Assembly (NCBI RefSeq): GCF_009914755.1
Contig: NC_060937.1
Length of the DNA: 64,000 bases
Source: the human T2T-CHM13v2.0 reference genome, Homo sapiens
Strand: one strand, 5' to 3'
Shown here: positions 27,533 to 40,260 of the stretch, one piece after another
How positions within the stretch are numbered: position 1 is the stretch's first letter
Layout: each line of letters opens with the position of its first letter
Program-made: the position numbers and the translations under genes
Notes under the pieces: generated by a model
Database searches by the model: none
What the model saw: the letters and a program-made list of their open reading frames with translations, nothing else
Told to the model about the DNA's origin: nothing

Positions 27533-29500
27533 AAGTGTCTATTCCAGCGAGGACAAACCTCTGCCCTTTCCATGGTGGAAGAGGTCCAATATAGTCAATC
27601 TGCCACCAGGTAGCTGGCTGATCACCCTGGGGAATGGTGCCATATTGAGGGCTCAGTGTTGGTCTCTGCTGCTGGCAAATTGGGCACTCAGCAGTGACTG
27701 TAACCAGGTCAGCCTTGGCGAATGGAAGTTCATGTTGCTGAGCCCACACATAATCTCCATCCCTGCCACCCCCACTTTGTTCATGGGCACATTGGGCAAT
27801 GACAGGGGTGGCTGGGGAAAGAGGCTGAGTGGTATCCACAGAACGGGTCATCCTATCCACTTGACTATTAAAATCCTCCTCTCCTGAGGTCACCCGTTGG
27901 TGGGCACAGTGCACAGTAACCCTGGTAAAAGGCCAGAGGTCTCTTTGGGGGAATGATTAGAGAAAGTTTCACTGCATAAATTGTCAGTAATGTAGTGGGG
28001 TCCTTTCTCAATAGGATTTGGCCTCTTCTTTATTCAAGGGGTTCTGGGTCTGTAAACTGGCTCAAGTCTGCAAATTGATTGAGGGACAGTGATTCTCTGT
28101 TTTTATAATTCAAATTAGCCTTTTGTCATTCGACCTAGAAGTTTTCTCCTTGTATAAATTAAGTAGGAATGCAGTAGGCTTCTTATCAATTTTACTTCTA
28201 GGAACACCGTGATTAATTAGCCCATGCCAGAGCACTACATGAGTCAGACTATTCTGATTGCTGCTTTGTCTCTGCTGCCCATTATGGTAGCTACGTCCAC
28301 CTTGCCTTTGATGGTTGAGTGCCACCACTTGGCCCCTGCCACCTCAGGATCCAATCATTCCCATTCTATTTAAATTTTGTAGTTGAGTGACTGCAGTTCC
28401 CACTGTTAGATCTGACGTACAGAGAACAGCAACTACAGGGCTATTCAGAGATGCAGGTTCTGCTGTCACAGATCTATTTTGTAAGGCATTGGTCAGGGGA
28501 ATAGCTTCTGGATCCTCCCAGCTGGGATGAGTAGATCTAAAATGACTAATCCACTCCATCTTCCCAATCTCCCTAAGCCTTTGGAACCCTTCCTCTACAT
28601 TAAACCAAGGGAGAGCAGGCATTCTTAGCTCACTCACAGTGGGCCATCTTCTAATCCATATTTCAGCTAACCAAGCAAATAAACTATTAGAACCTTTTTT
28701 AACTCCTTGATCTGCAACATTAAATGAAGAGTCCCTACTTAGTGGGCCCAAATCAATAAATTCAGCCTGATCCAACTCAATGTTCCTTTAATCATTATCC
28801 CATACCCTTAATATCCATTCCCACGGCTCTTTTCCAGATTTCTATTTATATAAGTTAGAGAACTCAAGCACTTCTTTTTGAGTGTAGCATACCTCTTCAT
28901 TGGTCACACTCTCAACTTCACCTCTAAGGGGCCCACCGGGACTTTAGTCTAGTTATAAGTCTAGAAGCAAACAGAGGTGTTGGGGGTGGCTCTTGAGGAG
29001 AGTCAACATTATTTTGCCTGGTAAGTGCCTCAGAGTTGGGGGGCATCGCTGTTGCCTCAAACAGTGCCGTGTTTATCTCCTTAGACAAAGGTGGAAAAGG
29101 CTGATGGAAGCATGGGTCAGGGAGGGGATGCTGCCACTACTTGGGATGGGGAAGCTGTTCCTTCCGGCAAAAAAAGTTCATTAGAGTTTATAAACTCAGT
29201 GTCCCCAGCTTCATAAGGGTCCTCCCACACATCCCCATTCCAAGTTTCAGGGTCCCATTCTTTTCCAATCAATGCCCTCACTTTAACAGTAGACACCTGG
29301 CAAGGCTGTGCATGCACCTTTCATTGCAGGTCAGCCACTCACATGATAATAGCTTGTGTCTGATTTTCTACAATTCTAGTTCTTTCTCTACAGGAGATAA
29401 GACTCTCACTCAGGGCAATCTTAGCAGATTTGAGGCTCAGTATCTGCTTCTGAAGCTGGGAGACAGAACCCTGAATTCATCATTTTCTTTCATCATTTTG
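27533..29500 (-). mobile_element. HERV-L/ERVL internal fragment: gag (about 27912-29500) fused to integrase N-terminus (27533-27910); no LTRs
   Basis: ORF translations ECPICQQQRPTLSPQYGTIP...WWQIDYIGPLP (integrase) and DQAEFIDLGPLSRDS / VKVRALIGKEWDPETWNGDVWEDP (ERV-L gag). Confidence 0.92.
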
Positions 29501-29640
29501 AGGCAGGAAGATTGCTTGGACTTAGGAGGTCGAAGCCACAGTGAGCGGAGATTGAGCCACTACACTCCAGCCTGGGTGACAGAGTAAGGCTTTGCCTCAA
29601 AAAATGAAACAAATGAGACTCTGTCTCGAAAAAAAAAAAA
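29500..29640 (+). mobile_element. Alu right-arm fragment with duplicated 3' terminus
   Basis: cactccagcctgggtgacagag...aaaaaa followed by a second gagactctgtctcg(A)n. Confidence 0.85.
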
Positions 29641-29664
29641 GTCTCCAAAGACTGTCCATCTCTC

Positions 29665-30082
29665 TTTTCTTTTTCTTTTTTAAAAATTATTGCTGTAAGA
29701 ACAGTTAACATGAGATATAACCTCTTAAAACTTTGAAAGTACAGTACAGTATTTTAAACTATGGGTACAATATGGTCAGCAGATCTCTATAAGATTCATC
29801 TTGCTTTACTGAAACTTCATTCCCATTGAACAGTAACTCCCCATCTCTCCTCTCCCTAGTCTTTGGCAACAACCATTCTACTCTGAGTTTGACTATTGCA
29901 CCAACCTGATATTTTAGATGTCTCACATGTGGAATCATTAGTATTTATATGTCTTTCTGGGATTGGCTTATTTCAATTAGCATTGTACCCTCCTGGCTCA
30001 TCCATGTTTTTGCATGTGACAGATTTATTCTTTTAAAGGCTGCATAATATTTCATTGTATATCTATTCCACATTTTCTTTTA
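29665..30082 (-). mobile_element. L1MA 3' end
   Basis: gtaagaacagttaacatgagat; cagcagatctct; ggcaacaaccattctactct. Confidence 0.8.
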
Positions 30083-30084
30083 TA

Positions 30085-30617
30085 ACTCCTATCCCCAGTT
30101 TTGCTTAATATGGTTTCAGTTAAAAGTCAACCGTAGTACAAAGATACTACATTTAAAAATTCCAGAAAAAAATCATGTTTTAAATTGTGCACCGTTCTGA
30201 GTAGTCTAATGAAATCTCAGCTGCAGGACTTAGTTCTGCTCAGGATGTTAATCGTTCCTTTGTCTGGTATATCCCTGTTGTCTACACTACCTACCCATTA
30301 GTAACTTAGTAGCTGTCTTGGTTATCACATCAACTGTCTCAGTATTGCAGTGCTTGTGTTTGAGTAACACTTATTTTACTTAACAATGGCCCCCAAGACA
30401 GATGAGTAGTGCCTTTGGCATATTTTTATAAATGTTCTATTGTGTTAGTTATTCCTGTTAATATCTTACTATGTCTAATTAATACACTGCACTTTATCAT
30501 TGGTATGTACAAAAAAAAAACAACATAGTACTTATGGGCTTTGGCACTGTCTGCAGCTTTAGGCATCCACTGAGGGTCTTGAAACATATTCCCTGTGGTT
30601 AAAAAGGTGGTACTATG
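30085..30617. mobile_element. MER44 (Tigger7-derived DNA transposon)
   Basis: ttttaaattgtgcaccgttctgagtag; cagtattgcagtgcttgtgtt; aggcatccactgagggtcttg. Confidence 0.8.
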
Positions 30618-30819
30618 TTCTTAAGACATGGATGCCTTGGTAACTTTGAAACCCAAATTCTATCTCCCATAGGCAGTGAGACTGCCACAGTCTCTGGTCT
30701 TTTTTTCTTTCTACTTGGCTTCTGAGCTTTATGCCTCCTCAGTTATCAATTTCCCAAAAGAAAAAAAGTAAAAAACAGATTTTGGGTTTCTTTATCTCAT
30801 TAATCTTTTTGAGGTGTTG

Positions 30820-31990
30820 TTATTTTTTAATTGATATAGTTCTACATTTTGGGAGGTGCATGTGATATTTTGATATATATATATATATATATAATGTGCC
30901 ATGATCAAATCAGGATAATTAGGATATCCATTGTCTCAAACATTTATCTTTTGTGTTGGGAGCACTGCAATTCTTCTTTTCTATCTATTTTGAAATATAT
31001 AATAAATTATTGTGAACTACAGTCTTCCTACTGCATTATCAAATACTAGAACTTATTCCTTCTAACTGATTTTTGTACCTGTTAACCAACCTGTCTTCAT
31101 TCCCTCTTTCTGTTTACCCTTCCCAGCCTCTGGTAATCAACATTCTATACTCTAACGTCACAAAATACATGTTTTTAGCTCCCATACATGAGGGAAAACA
31201 TGTATTGTTTTCTTTTCATGCCTGGGTTATTTAATCATATCCAGTTTCACCGATGTTGCTGAAATTGACAGGACTTCATTCTCTTTATGGCTACATAATA
31301 TTCCACATTTTCTTTACCCATTAACCCACTAATAGACACACATTAATTACATTATTTTGGCTATTGTGAATAGTGCTGCAATAGACATAGGATTGCAGAT
31401 ATCTCTTTGATATACTGATTTCCTTCTTTTTTTTTGGATATATACCAGCAGTGGAATTGTTGGATCATATTGTAGTTCTATTTTTAGTTTTTCTGAGGAA
31501 CCTTTATACTCACTTCCATAGTGCCTTACTACTTTACATTTCTACCAACAGTGTTAGAGTATTTTCCTTTCTCTACATCCTTGCCATCATTTGTTATTTT
31601 TTTGTATTTTTGATAATAGCCATTTTAACTGTGGTGGTGATATCTCATTGTAGCTTTAATTTGCATTTGTCTGATAATTAGTGATGTTGAGCTTTTAAAA
31701 ATATAGTTGTTGACCATTTGTATGTCTTCTTATGGCATATGTCAATTTAGGTATTTTGCCCATTTTTTAATTGGATTATTTGTTATTTTTGTTTGGTTTT
31801 GCTACTGAGATGTTTAAGTTTCTTATATATTCTTATTATTAATGCCTTATCCGATAGACATTTCACAAATATTTTCTCCCATTTTGTAGGTTGTCTCTTT
31901 GTTATTTTTTTAAAATTTTTTGTTGTGTGGAAGCTTTTTAGCTTGATATAATCACATTTTTCTATTTCTGCTTTTGTTGTCTGTGCATTT
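30820..31990 (-). mobile_element. L1MA 3' portion (non-inverted part of a 5'-inverted L1)
   Basis: Antisense ORF2 C-terminus (translation DYIKLKSFHT...RQPTKWEKIF) and 3' UTR. Confidence 0.88.
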
Positions 31991-33157
31991 AAAAAAGAGC
32001 TAATACCAGTTAAACTATTTTCATAATTTGAAAAGAAGGAAAATCTAAAAGTTATTTTACTCCATAGTAAAACAAAACTACATGTCAATATCACTGATGA
32101 AGTTTAATGAAAAAAATCTTCAACAAAATACCAACAAACCAAATACAATACCATATTAAAACCATTGTTCACCATGATCAAGTGGAATTCATCTCAGAGA
32201 TGCAAGAATGGTGAAACATACACAAATCAATAAACCTGATACATCACCTCAAATGAATCAAGAGCAAAAACCATATGATCATTTCAATAGATGTTAAAAA
32301 AACATTTGATAAAATTCACCATTTACTCATGATAAAAACTCTCACTGAACTGGGTATCAAAGGAACATGCTACAACGTGATAAAGGCCATATATGTCAAA
32401 CAGATAATATCATACTGAACAGGGAATAAGTGAAAGCCATTCCACTAAGATCTAGAACAAGACAAGGATGCCATTTTCACCATTTGTACTGTACATAGTT
32501 CTTTAGGTCCTAGCCAGAGCAATTCGGTAGGAGAAAGAAATAAACAGCATTCAAATTGGAAGATAAAGTCAAATTATACTTATTTGCAGACAACATAATC
32601 TTATATTTTAAAAACCTAAAGACTCCACCACAAAACTGTTAGAACTGATAAATGGATTCACCAAAATTGCAAGTTATAAAATCAACATACAAAAATTAAG
32701 TGATATTTCTATATGCTAACAGCGTTCAACCTAAAAAAAATGAAGATAGCATTTCCATTTACAATAGCCAGAAAAAAAAATAGCTAAGTATTTTAAAGAA
32801 GTAAAATTTGTGTTCAAGTAAAACTGTAAAACATTGATAAAAGAAATTGAAGAGAACACAAAAATGGAAATATATCCCCTGTTCATGCATTGAAATAATT
32901 AATATTTTTAATGTCCACATTACCCAAATCAATTTCCAGATTCAATGCAATCCCAACCAAAATACCAAATGACATTGATAAAACAATTCTAAAGCTTGAT
33001 AACACCATTAAAAAACCTAAATACCTAAAGTCATCCTGAGCAAAAAACAACAACAGCAATAAAACAATGCTGCAGGCATCTTATCACCTGATTCAAATTA
33101 TATAATGAAGCTATTCTAATCAAAATTACATAGTACTGGCACAAAAACAGACACATA

Positions 33158-33396
33158 TGTTAGAGTAGGCAGGTAGCCAGACATAAGCAGGAGGGGGAAC
33201 CCCTAAGAAAAGGGAGGTCTGGAAAATCTCACACAACAGGGACCACCTACATAGGCATGCTAGATATAAGCAGAGAGTTGATGAAATAGCTAGGTAGAAA
33301 GGACATCCATTAAGATGCCCAGTAATCATTCACTCTGCAGTTAACCTGTGAAAATATAGCTAGGTAAATGCTGATAAGAGGGAAAACAAGAAAGTC

Positions 33397-33446
<50 letters not shown>

Positions 33447-33946
33447 AAAAAATCCTGGCACCTAAGTACAAATTAGGACAGAGACAAAAGTTCCAAGGAG
33501 ATACATAGGCATAGTAAGTACATATTTAACTGCTATATGACCTTCCTGGGTTGGCAGTAATGAGCAATGCAGCCACTATGTAGGATTTTTATCCAACACG
33601 GGCCCACACTTGTGCACCAACAAAATAGTAACAGAGGGTCCCAGAAGCATGGGGGAGGGCACTAGGCAGGTGCAGGAAAACTAAACAAAGGAAAGCAGCA
33701 GAGATGTGAGATAGAGGAGGAAATTTGAAGTCCAACATGATAAAAACTCCCTGCACAGGACCCTCAGTATGGTTTTCTCGCTGGATCAGCCCACTCCTCC
33801 CTTGAAATGCACCTATTTTTCCTACAATAAGCTCTTTACACTATATTCCTTTTCAATACAATTATTTATCTTTGTACTGTCCCCTTGGTTGAAATCTTTC
33901 ATCCAAAGTTAGATAAGAACTGGGACATCTGCTTTCCCCGGTAACA
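33158..33946 (+). mobile_element. LTR48-like ERV1 solo LTR
   Basis: tgttagagtaggcaggtagccagacat...ccggtaaca; exact TSD cata. Confidence 0.75.
33399..33444. repeat. A46 homopolymer
   Basis: Counted directly. Confidence 0.95.
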
Positions 33947-33974
33947 CATAGACCAATGGAACAGGATAGAGAAA

Positions 33975-34475
33975 TAAGGAGAGCCAACATCACCTGGTGG
34001 CCATCAAGCAGACCATCCACAGGCAAAACTCCTTATCTGAGGAATTCAGAAGTAATCTGACTTCCCTATTATCTAAAGCTGGCATCTGGTCCTAGGCTTC
34101 TTTCCTAAAAATGTATAAGTAACTGGAATTTGTACACATCTCCAGAATGCATACTTGTCAAAACTCATTGTGCAAACCTTGCTGTCACCAAGGCACCAAA
34201 ATGTCTACAAATGCAATCATTTATCATGACCTATGTGACTTTTATGGTCCAAGTTACCCTTAAGTTCCTTACTTTCAGATCCATAAATACACCTAAGAAA
34301 AATCCACTGTAGCATGCTCAGTCCCCTCTTGCTGAAGCACCCTGCTGCACTCTGCTGCAGTGTCCTTTCTATCTAACAAAACTTTCTTTTTCAAACCTTA
34401 CTGTTGTTGGTAAATTCTTTTACTACCTGCAAGCCAACCACTCCCCACCATCGGGCTCTGATGCCTTCCCCAGCA
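33975..34475 (+). mobile_element. MER84/MER83-like ERV1 solo LTR
   Basis: tcacctggtggccatc...ggcaaaactccttatctgaggaattcagaag. Confidence 0.75.
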
Positions 34476-34684
34476 AAAACTAAGGAATAAATGTATGTAT
34501 TTACAGCCAACTCACTTTTGACAAAGGTGCTGAGAACATATATTGGGGAAAAGACAGTATCTTTAATAAATGGTGCTGGGAAAACTGGATATCCATATGC
34601 AGAAGAATAAAACTACGTATTTATTTTTTACCATATGCAAAAATCAACTCAAAAGGGATTAAAACTTAATGTAAGACCTGACAC

Positions 34685-35623
34685 TGATAGCAGCAGGAGA
34701 CAGACAAATTCCTGGGCAGACAGGGTTGGGTCCCTAGCAAAACCCAACCTTCAAGCCAAGGACAATACAAAGTTTGAAAACTGAGCTGCCAGTTCCAGAT
34801 AGAGTCCACGACCAGAGTGAGAACTTCCATCTTCCATCTTACCCACTCTCTCTCTCAATTGGTTCCTTCTGAATGATGCCTTTCAACTAATCAAATAGTG
34901 CTTTTTCCAAGACCATCAATGGACCAATCAGCACACATTCTCACATTCTAAGCCCATAAAAACCCCACACTCAGCCTCAGAGACAACAACCCACTTTTGG
35001 GTCCCCTCTCTGTGCTGAGAGCTTTCTTTCTGCCACTCAATAATATTCTACTCTGCCTTACTCACTCTTCAGTGTCTGCGTACCTTAGTCCTTTTGGTTG
35101 TGGAACAAGAACCCAGTATTCACCAAACTGTGGGAGCAAAAGAGCTGTAACACTTCTGCTCACTGAGCTGTGGGTGGTGGGAGTAAAAGAGCTCTAACCC
35201 TTCCTCCCACTCGACAAACACATTCTAAGCCCATAAAAACCCCACACTCAGCCTCAGAGACAACAACCCACTTTTGGGTCCCCTCTCTGTGCTGAGAGCT
35301 TTCTTTCTACCACTCAATAATATTCTACTCTGCCTTACTCACTCTTCAGTGTCTGCGTACCTTAGTCCTTTTGGTTGTGGAACAAGAACCCAGTATTCAC
35401 CAAACTGTGGGAGCAAAAGAGCTGTAACACTTCTGCTCACTGAGCTGTGGGTGGTGGGAGTAAAAGAGCTCTAACCCTTCCTCCCACTCGACAAACAACA
35501 GGAGTGAAGAAGTCAATGGGTGTCAGGCCCTTCTACTTGCTGAGCTATAGGAGTGAAGAAGTGAAGCAGCTGGGCACCACTCTCTCCTGCTTGCTGAACT
35601 ATGGGAGTGAAAAAGCTGCAACA
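34685..35623 (+). mobile_element. MER50-like ERV1 solo LTR with internal duplication
   Basis: tgatagcagcaggagacagacaaattcct...gctgcaaca; exact TSD acac. Confidence 0.82.
34942..35495. repeat. 277-bp tandem duplication (34942-35218 and 35219-35495)
   Basis: Copies differ at one position by eye; identical 66-aa ORFs offset by 277. Confidence 0.97.
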
Positions 35624-35824
35624 ACACCATGTAGGTACGAGAAGAAAATGTTGGAAAAACACTCCAGGAAGTTGGTCTGGGCAAAGATTTTTTGGGTAAG
35701 ACTTTAAAAGCACAGGTAACAAAAGCAAAAATAGGCAAATATGTTGACCTTTTCTCCAGGATCCCATTATTTTTTTAAGGTAATTTGCCTTTGGTTTCTT
35801 TTAACCTAATTGGGAATACAACTT

Positions 35825-36120
35825 CACTCAGGTTTCAGCTCAGATGCTACTTGTTAAGGAATAACTTACCAAGTTACAAAGCAATAATATTTATTTCCTA
35901 CTGCTACATATCATTTTTTAATTTAATTCATAGAATTTATCACTAACTGAAGTCACTTTAAAATTTTATTATTTTCTTACATGTTTGTTGGTTTCTCCCA
36001 TGAAAAAATAAACTCCTTGAAAGCAGAACCTTTGGCTTTGTTGATCTCCATCACATTCTCATTGCATGAATACAGCTGGTATTGAATATGCTGTTTTGTA
36101 TGTTTTTTAAAAATGAATTT
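35825..36120 (+). mobile_element. L2 3' fragment
   Basis: tcagctcagatgctact; taaactccttgaaagcagaacct. Confidence 0.6.
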
Positions 36121-37435
36121 TAAAAGGCCAAGCTTAATATTCAATTAGGAATTTCAACAAATAATGTACCTGGTCTCTAGAACATTGATATTAATGTTAA
36201 TGCTTAGTCTAGAATTAAGACTATGGATTAAGTAATGTACATTTATGTTGGTGATTAATGGATAATGTACTTGAAAGAAAATTATTTTTTGTAACTAACC
36301 GTCAAGTAAATAAATATCTGTAAAATCTATTCACTTATTTAAAATTTGTTTCAATTCAAAATAGCAATCAGTAGGAAAAATTTATCCAACTAAACTTAGT
36401 TTTATGGGAAAAAAATACATAAACAAACAAATGAAAAACACGTCATTTTAATTTTAATGGTCCCAAACATTCTTATATCATTACATAAATCATTCTTTAA
36501 TTTATTTTGTTTATTATCTTAAGAAAGGTATGTTTTCAAACACCTGAAATTAATTTTACATTACTTAGCTTTTAAAAAAATCTTTATACTTGCCATGAAG
36601 TGTGGGCATCATAAAAATCTGTTTATAAAATAAAGTAGAATTTTTAAAAAACTTCACTATCATAATCCTTCCCTGTGAATATTTTAAAAAATGTGTTAAT
36701 CACATCTACAACTACTTAGAAACAAAGGCTTTGTTTAGACACCAAAATAGCAAAGTGTGTAGATTTAAACAAAAACCAAACCTTTGACAGAAGACAATAA
36801 AATAACTAAAAACGTGCCTCTTGCTTTTGGAATATTTTTTATGCATCAGTAAAAATCTTTTCAGCCAAGTAATAGAATAAAACATAATTAGAAAATGGCA
36901 GTCGAAAATGGCAGTCAATTACTCTTGGAAGTATTTCTGTTTATCACCATTAAAATGTTGCTAAGCCTAAAGACAAATAGTATGTGAGTGTGCATTTGTC
37001 AGATAAGAATTCTGAATAATTAGTGCTCTTAAGATTAGCATAAATAGCCTAAGGAAATGTTAGTACATAAAATAAGTCAAGAAAAAAGGATAAAAGGAGA
37101 AAGAAAGTAAAATAATGCCATTAGGCTATTATATAGTAGTTAAGAATCATTTTCTATGTTTTCATTTATTTAAAAATGCAAACTTAATTGTTTTTTTTCT
37201 CCCACTCTGGCACAACCTGTCCTGACTTTACTCACATAATAAGCTAACACATTTTAATGGGGTTATATTCATTTATATCATATTTTCTGAACCTTTTTGG
37301 GTTATTTTTCAAACAAAAGTAATCAAACCATTTTAAATATTTTTAATTATCTACATAGAGCTGCTAATACTATTAGCAAAGTAGATTTAAATGAAATCAG
37401 AAAGCAGTAACTTACTGGCCAATCTGACATAGAAT

Positions 37436-38140
37436 TGAGAGGAGGTGCCAGCTGGGCTTCCTGGGTCGAGTACGGGCTCAGAAAGCTGTGAAACTCACTC
37501 ATTTTGTGCATCAGGACTGCTTTGGTCCTGGATGAATAATATTGAAGATATATGCTTAAAATAGTCCTAACACCAGGATTTGTGAATGTGTTTTCTTCCC
37601 CAAGAAATCTATAAACAGCAAAAATTTTGCTGTAAGTTTTCCTGTATCCTCTCTCCCTCTCTTCCTTCCCCCTCCCCAAAACTGGGGAACGTTAACTGCC
37701 CGTTTTTCTGTGACCAGTGGACCTTATCTCTACTCCCCATTCCAATTCCTTGTGAACATACTTTGTAAAGTCCTGTGAGATCCTGTCTCCTTTGCCATGC
37801 CACTGCAAGGTCATAAAGTAGATAAAACCTAAGTTATAATTCCGGTTTTCCTAAAATCTAAGACATGTCACAAAATAACTTACTGCCTTTGTTTCTCGCT
37901 CTGGTAACAACTTCCTGCCACACATATTTCCCTCCTTAAAGAGTTTAAAAGGCAATTACCCAAAACCAGCAGTGGCTACCCGTTTGGGACCCCTTCCATG
38001 CTGTGGAAGCTTTGTACTTCAACTCTGCTCAATAAAGCCTACAGCTTTTTCTCTCTCTCGGTCTGTGTCTCTATCACTCGCCATGGTCAGCTGCCACACC
38101 AATTCTTTGGCGTGGCTAGGCAAGAACCTTAGACGTTACA
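37436..38140 (+). mobile_element. LTR30-like (HERV30) solo LTR
   Basis: tgagaggaggtgccagctgggcttcctgggtcgag...gcaagaaccttagacgttaca; AATAAA; flanks gaat/gaag. Confidence 0.85.
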
Positions 38141-39139
38141 GAAGCACAACCACGAATCTTTCCTATTTGCGCCTGTCTTTTTTTTTTCACCTCTTTTTTT
38201 TAAAAAAAAAAAAAAAAAGAAATATTTTCTACTGTTTATTTTTCAATTCAGAGTACTTTGTCATTTTTCTGATCAATACCTACCTCCTTCACCCACTGGC
38301 ATAGGGATGTGTCCTTGGTCTTTCCTCTTTCGAGGTTTTCTATTTTCTTAATTTAAACTTTTATTCTGCCCCAGCCGTTGAAATTTTACTACTTCTTAAT
38401 AAATGTTATTTAGCTATAGTTTTGAAAATCAACTTACTTATTTTTCCCATCCATACGCTACACAGCTTTAACCCTGTGGACTCAGGATTCCTAGCTGCAA
38501 TCTGCAAAGTATCCTTTGCCTAACTTTAGCAGAAAATACATTTAAAATATGATTTTAGTTCACCAAATTTCCAGGATAAATTACTGCAGGCTGACAAGCT
38601 AAGAATACTGTCTGCCCAAACCAAGAAAGGAGTTTCTCAGCCAAAATGCCTTTGTCACCACCACTCAGAGCTAATGCTGCAGCATGAAGAGTCCGCAAAC
38701 TCTGGTGACTCTTGGGACCCTACCAAATGGTGCCCCTAAAGAGAACTAGTACTTCAAGAAAGGATTCTCTGAGCAACTTCTTTTTAGTGTTGTTTCTTCA
38801 TGATTTAAGTATCATTTGGTTGAGGTTGATTGAAGTTGGCTTTGCCTTAGTGCTAAGGTAATATGAGATCTGTGTTTTAATGTGGGGAAATGGAACCTCT
38901 AATAAAGAAAATTTACATCTGCACAAAGTATTTTTAAATTATTGGGCAAAGAAAAGTGTGTCTGATAGTCACTAAACGTCCTTCCAGAAAAGTTTTGTTT
39001 TTTACACAGCTTGTCAATTCTATTCCTTTAGAGGCTATGTTTTAGCAGAATAATATAAAAAGTGGGTGGTTTTCACATTGTTATAGTGGTTATCTCTCAT
39101 CACCTATTTTTATTAAAAAATAAAAGTAGACTTAACTTG

Positions 39140-40260
39140 TTTCAAATAAAAACAAATGAAAACTAGAAAAGGAGAAATTTTAATTACAAAGACTACTGCA
39201 ATAGGGAAAATGTTCTAATCTCAGAAATCTGCAAGAATCTCATAATCAAACAGATAAAGCTTTCCTTTTATAGGGTAGGGAGGAGTAAGTAAATGTTTAG
39301 GAGCTTTCCCTTTAAAGGGAAAGCTGGACAAGCAAGAGGAAATGACTAGTGAAGTCCAACAGAAAAAGTGTCTCACTGTAGTCATCCAATTTTCAGGGTA
39401 ACCTGGTAAGTGGCATGTTCCCCATTTGAGTGCTTGCTCAGGCTTGGAGGCAAGCAGAATGTTAGGAAGGAAAGAAGCCTGACTAGCCTTTGGTAGAGAC
39501 AGAGCAAAGGATAAAAAATGTATAATTGTGAACATCTGGTCAGTTCCCCTGTAGCTCAAGGTAAATAAACTCTGTTCTTTACACCAGAATAAAAGTCAGC
39601 TTTCGAAGGTCTTAAAGATCAGGCATTTAGTGAGAAATAAAATAAAATAATAATAATTAAACATTGATGGAAGGAGTAAAACCAGGGTTTGAGATTTACA
39701 GGGCCAGTTGAAAAACATCTTTATATGGTGGGATGAGGGCAGCAGTGGCAATTTGATGCATTTACCAGGTTTCAGTTGAATTGTTTTTGTGATGGCTTGT
39801 ACACCAGAGAGGTTTCAAGGAATATATGACCATCACTTGCTTCTAACCACTACAAAAGTAGTTCTTTAGGAAGCAGGAATCTTTTTCAGTGCCAGGCATG
39901 GCATTGTACAGAATCTATCAACAGAGTTTCTGTAGTTCTCTGGTGATGATTGGTAGTTTTGGTAAGATTGTTCACACTCCTGGTTATTTTCTGTATCAGA
40001 GATGACACATGGAGAAGTTTCAGCAAAATTCCTGAATGCACAACATAGCAACAGCTGCTGGCATGATGATGTTCTTATGTGACAGGTTATAGCAGTAGTG
40101 CTCAAGTTTTTTTGGCTTATTCCACCCAATATACTTTTAGTCTCTTGTTCTCAGGGTTCCTGAGAACTGGGCAAGAAAGAAAGATAACTGCATCCTGCTG
40201 GGGCCAAGATTATGTGACTAAGCTTTTAACTATTACATGTTTCTATAGACATGTTCAGTA
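39140..40260 (-). mobile_element. Degraded ERV1 (MER4-group) LTR plus adjacent internal sequence
   Basis: aagactactgcaataggg...cttttatagggtagggagg resembles an antisense LTR; subfamily and limits uncertain. Confidence 0.4.

Larger units (their letters stand above)
31991..35742 (+). mobile_element. L1MA ORF2 (inverted part), interrupted by three LTRs
   Basis: RT-region sequence 31991-33157, resuming at 33947-33974, 34476-34684 and 35624-35742. Confidence 0.85.

Noticed and set aside
27528-29317. HERV-L gag/integrase ORFs as a domesticated gene
   Set aside because: Fragmented across several frames with no continuous ORF.
34997-35474. Two identical 66-aa ORFs
   Set aside because: A by-product of the 277-bp duplication in an LTR; TTG start and no coding evidence.
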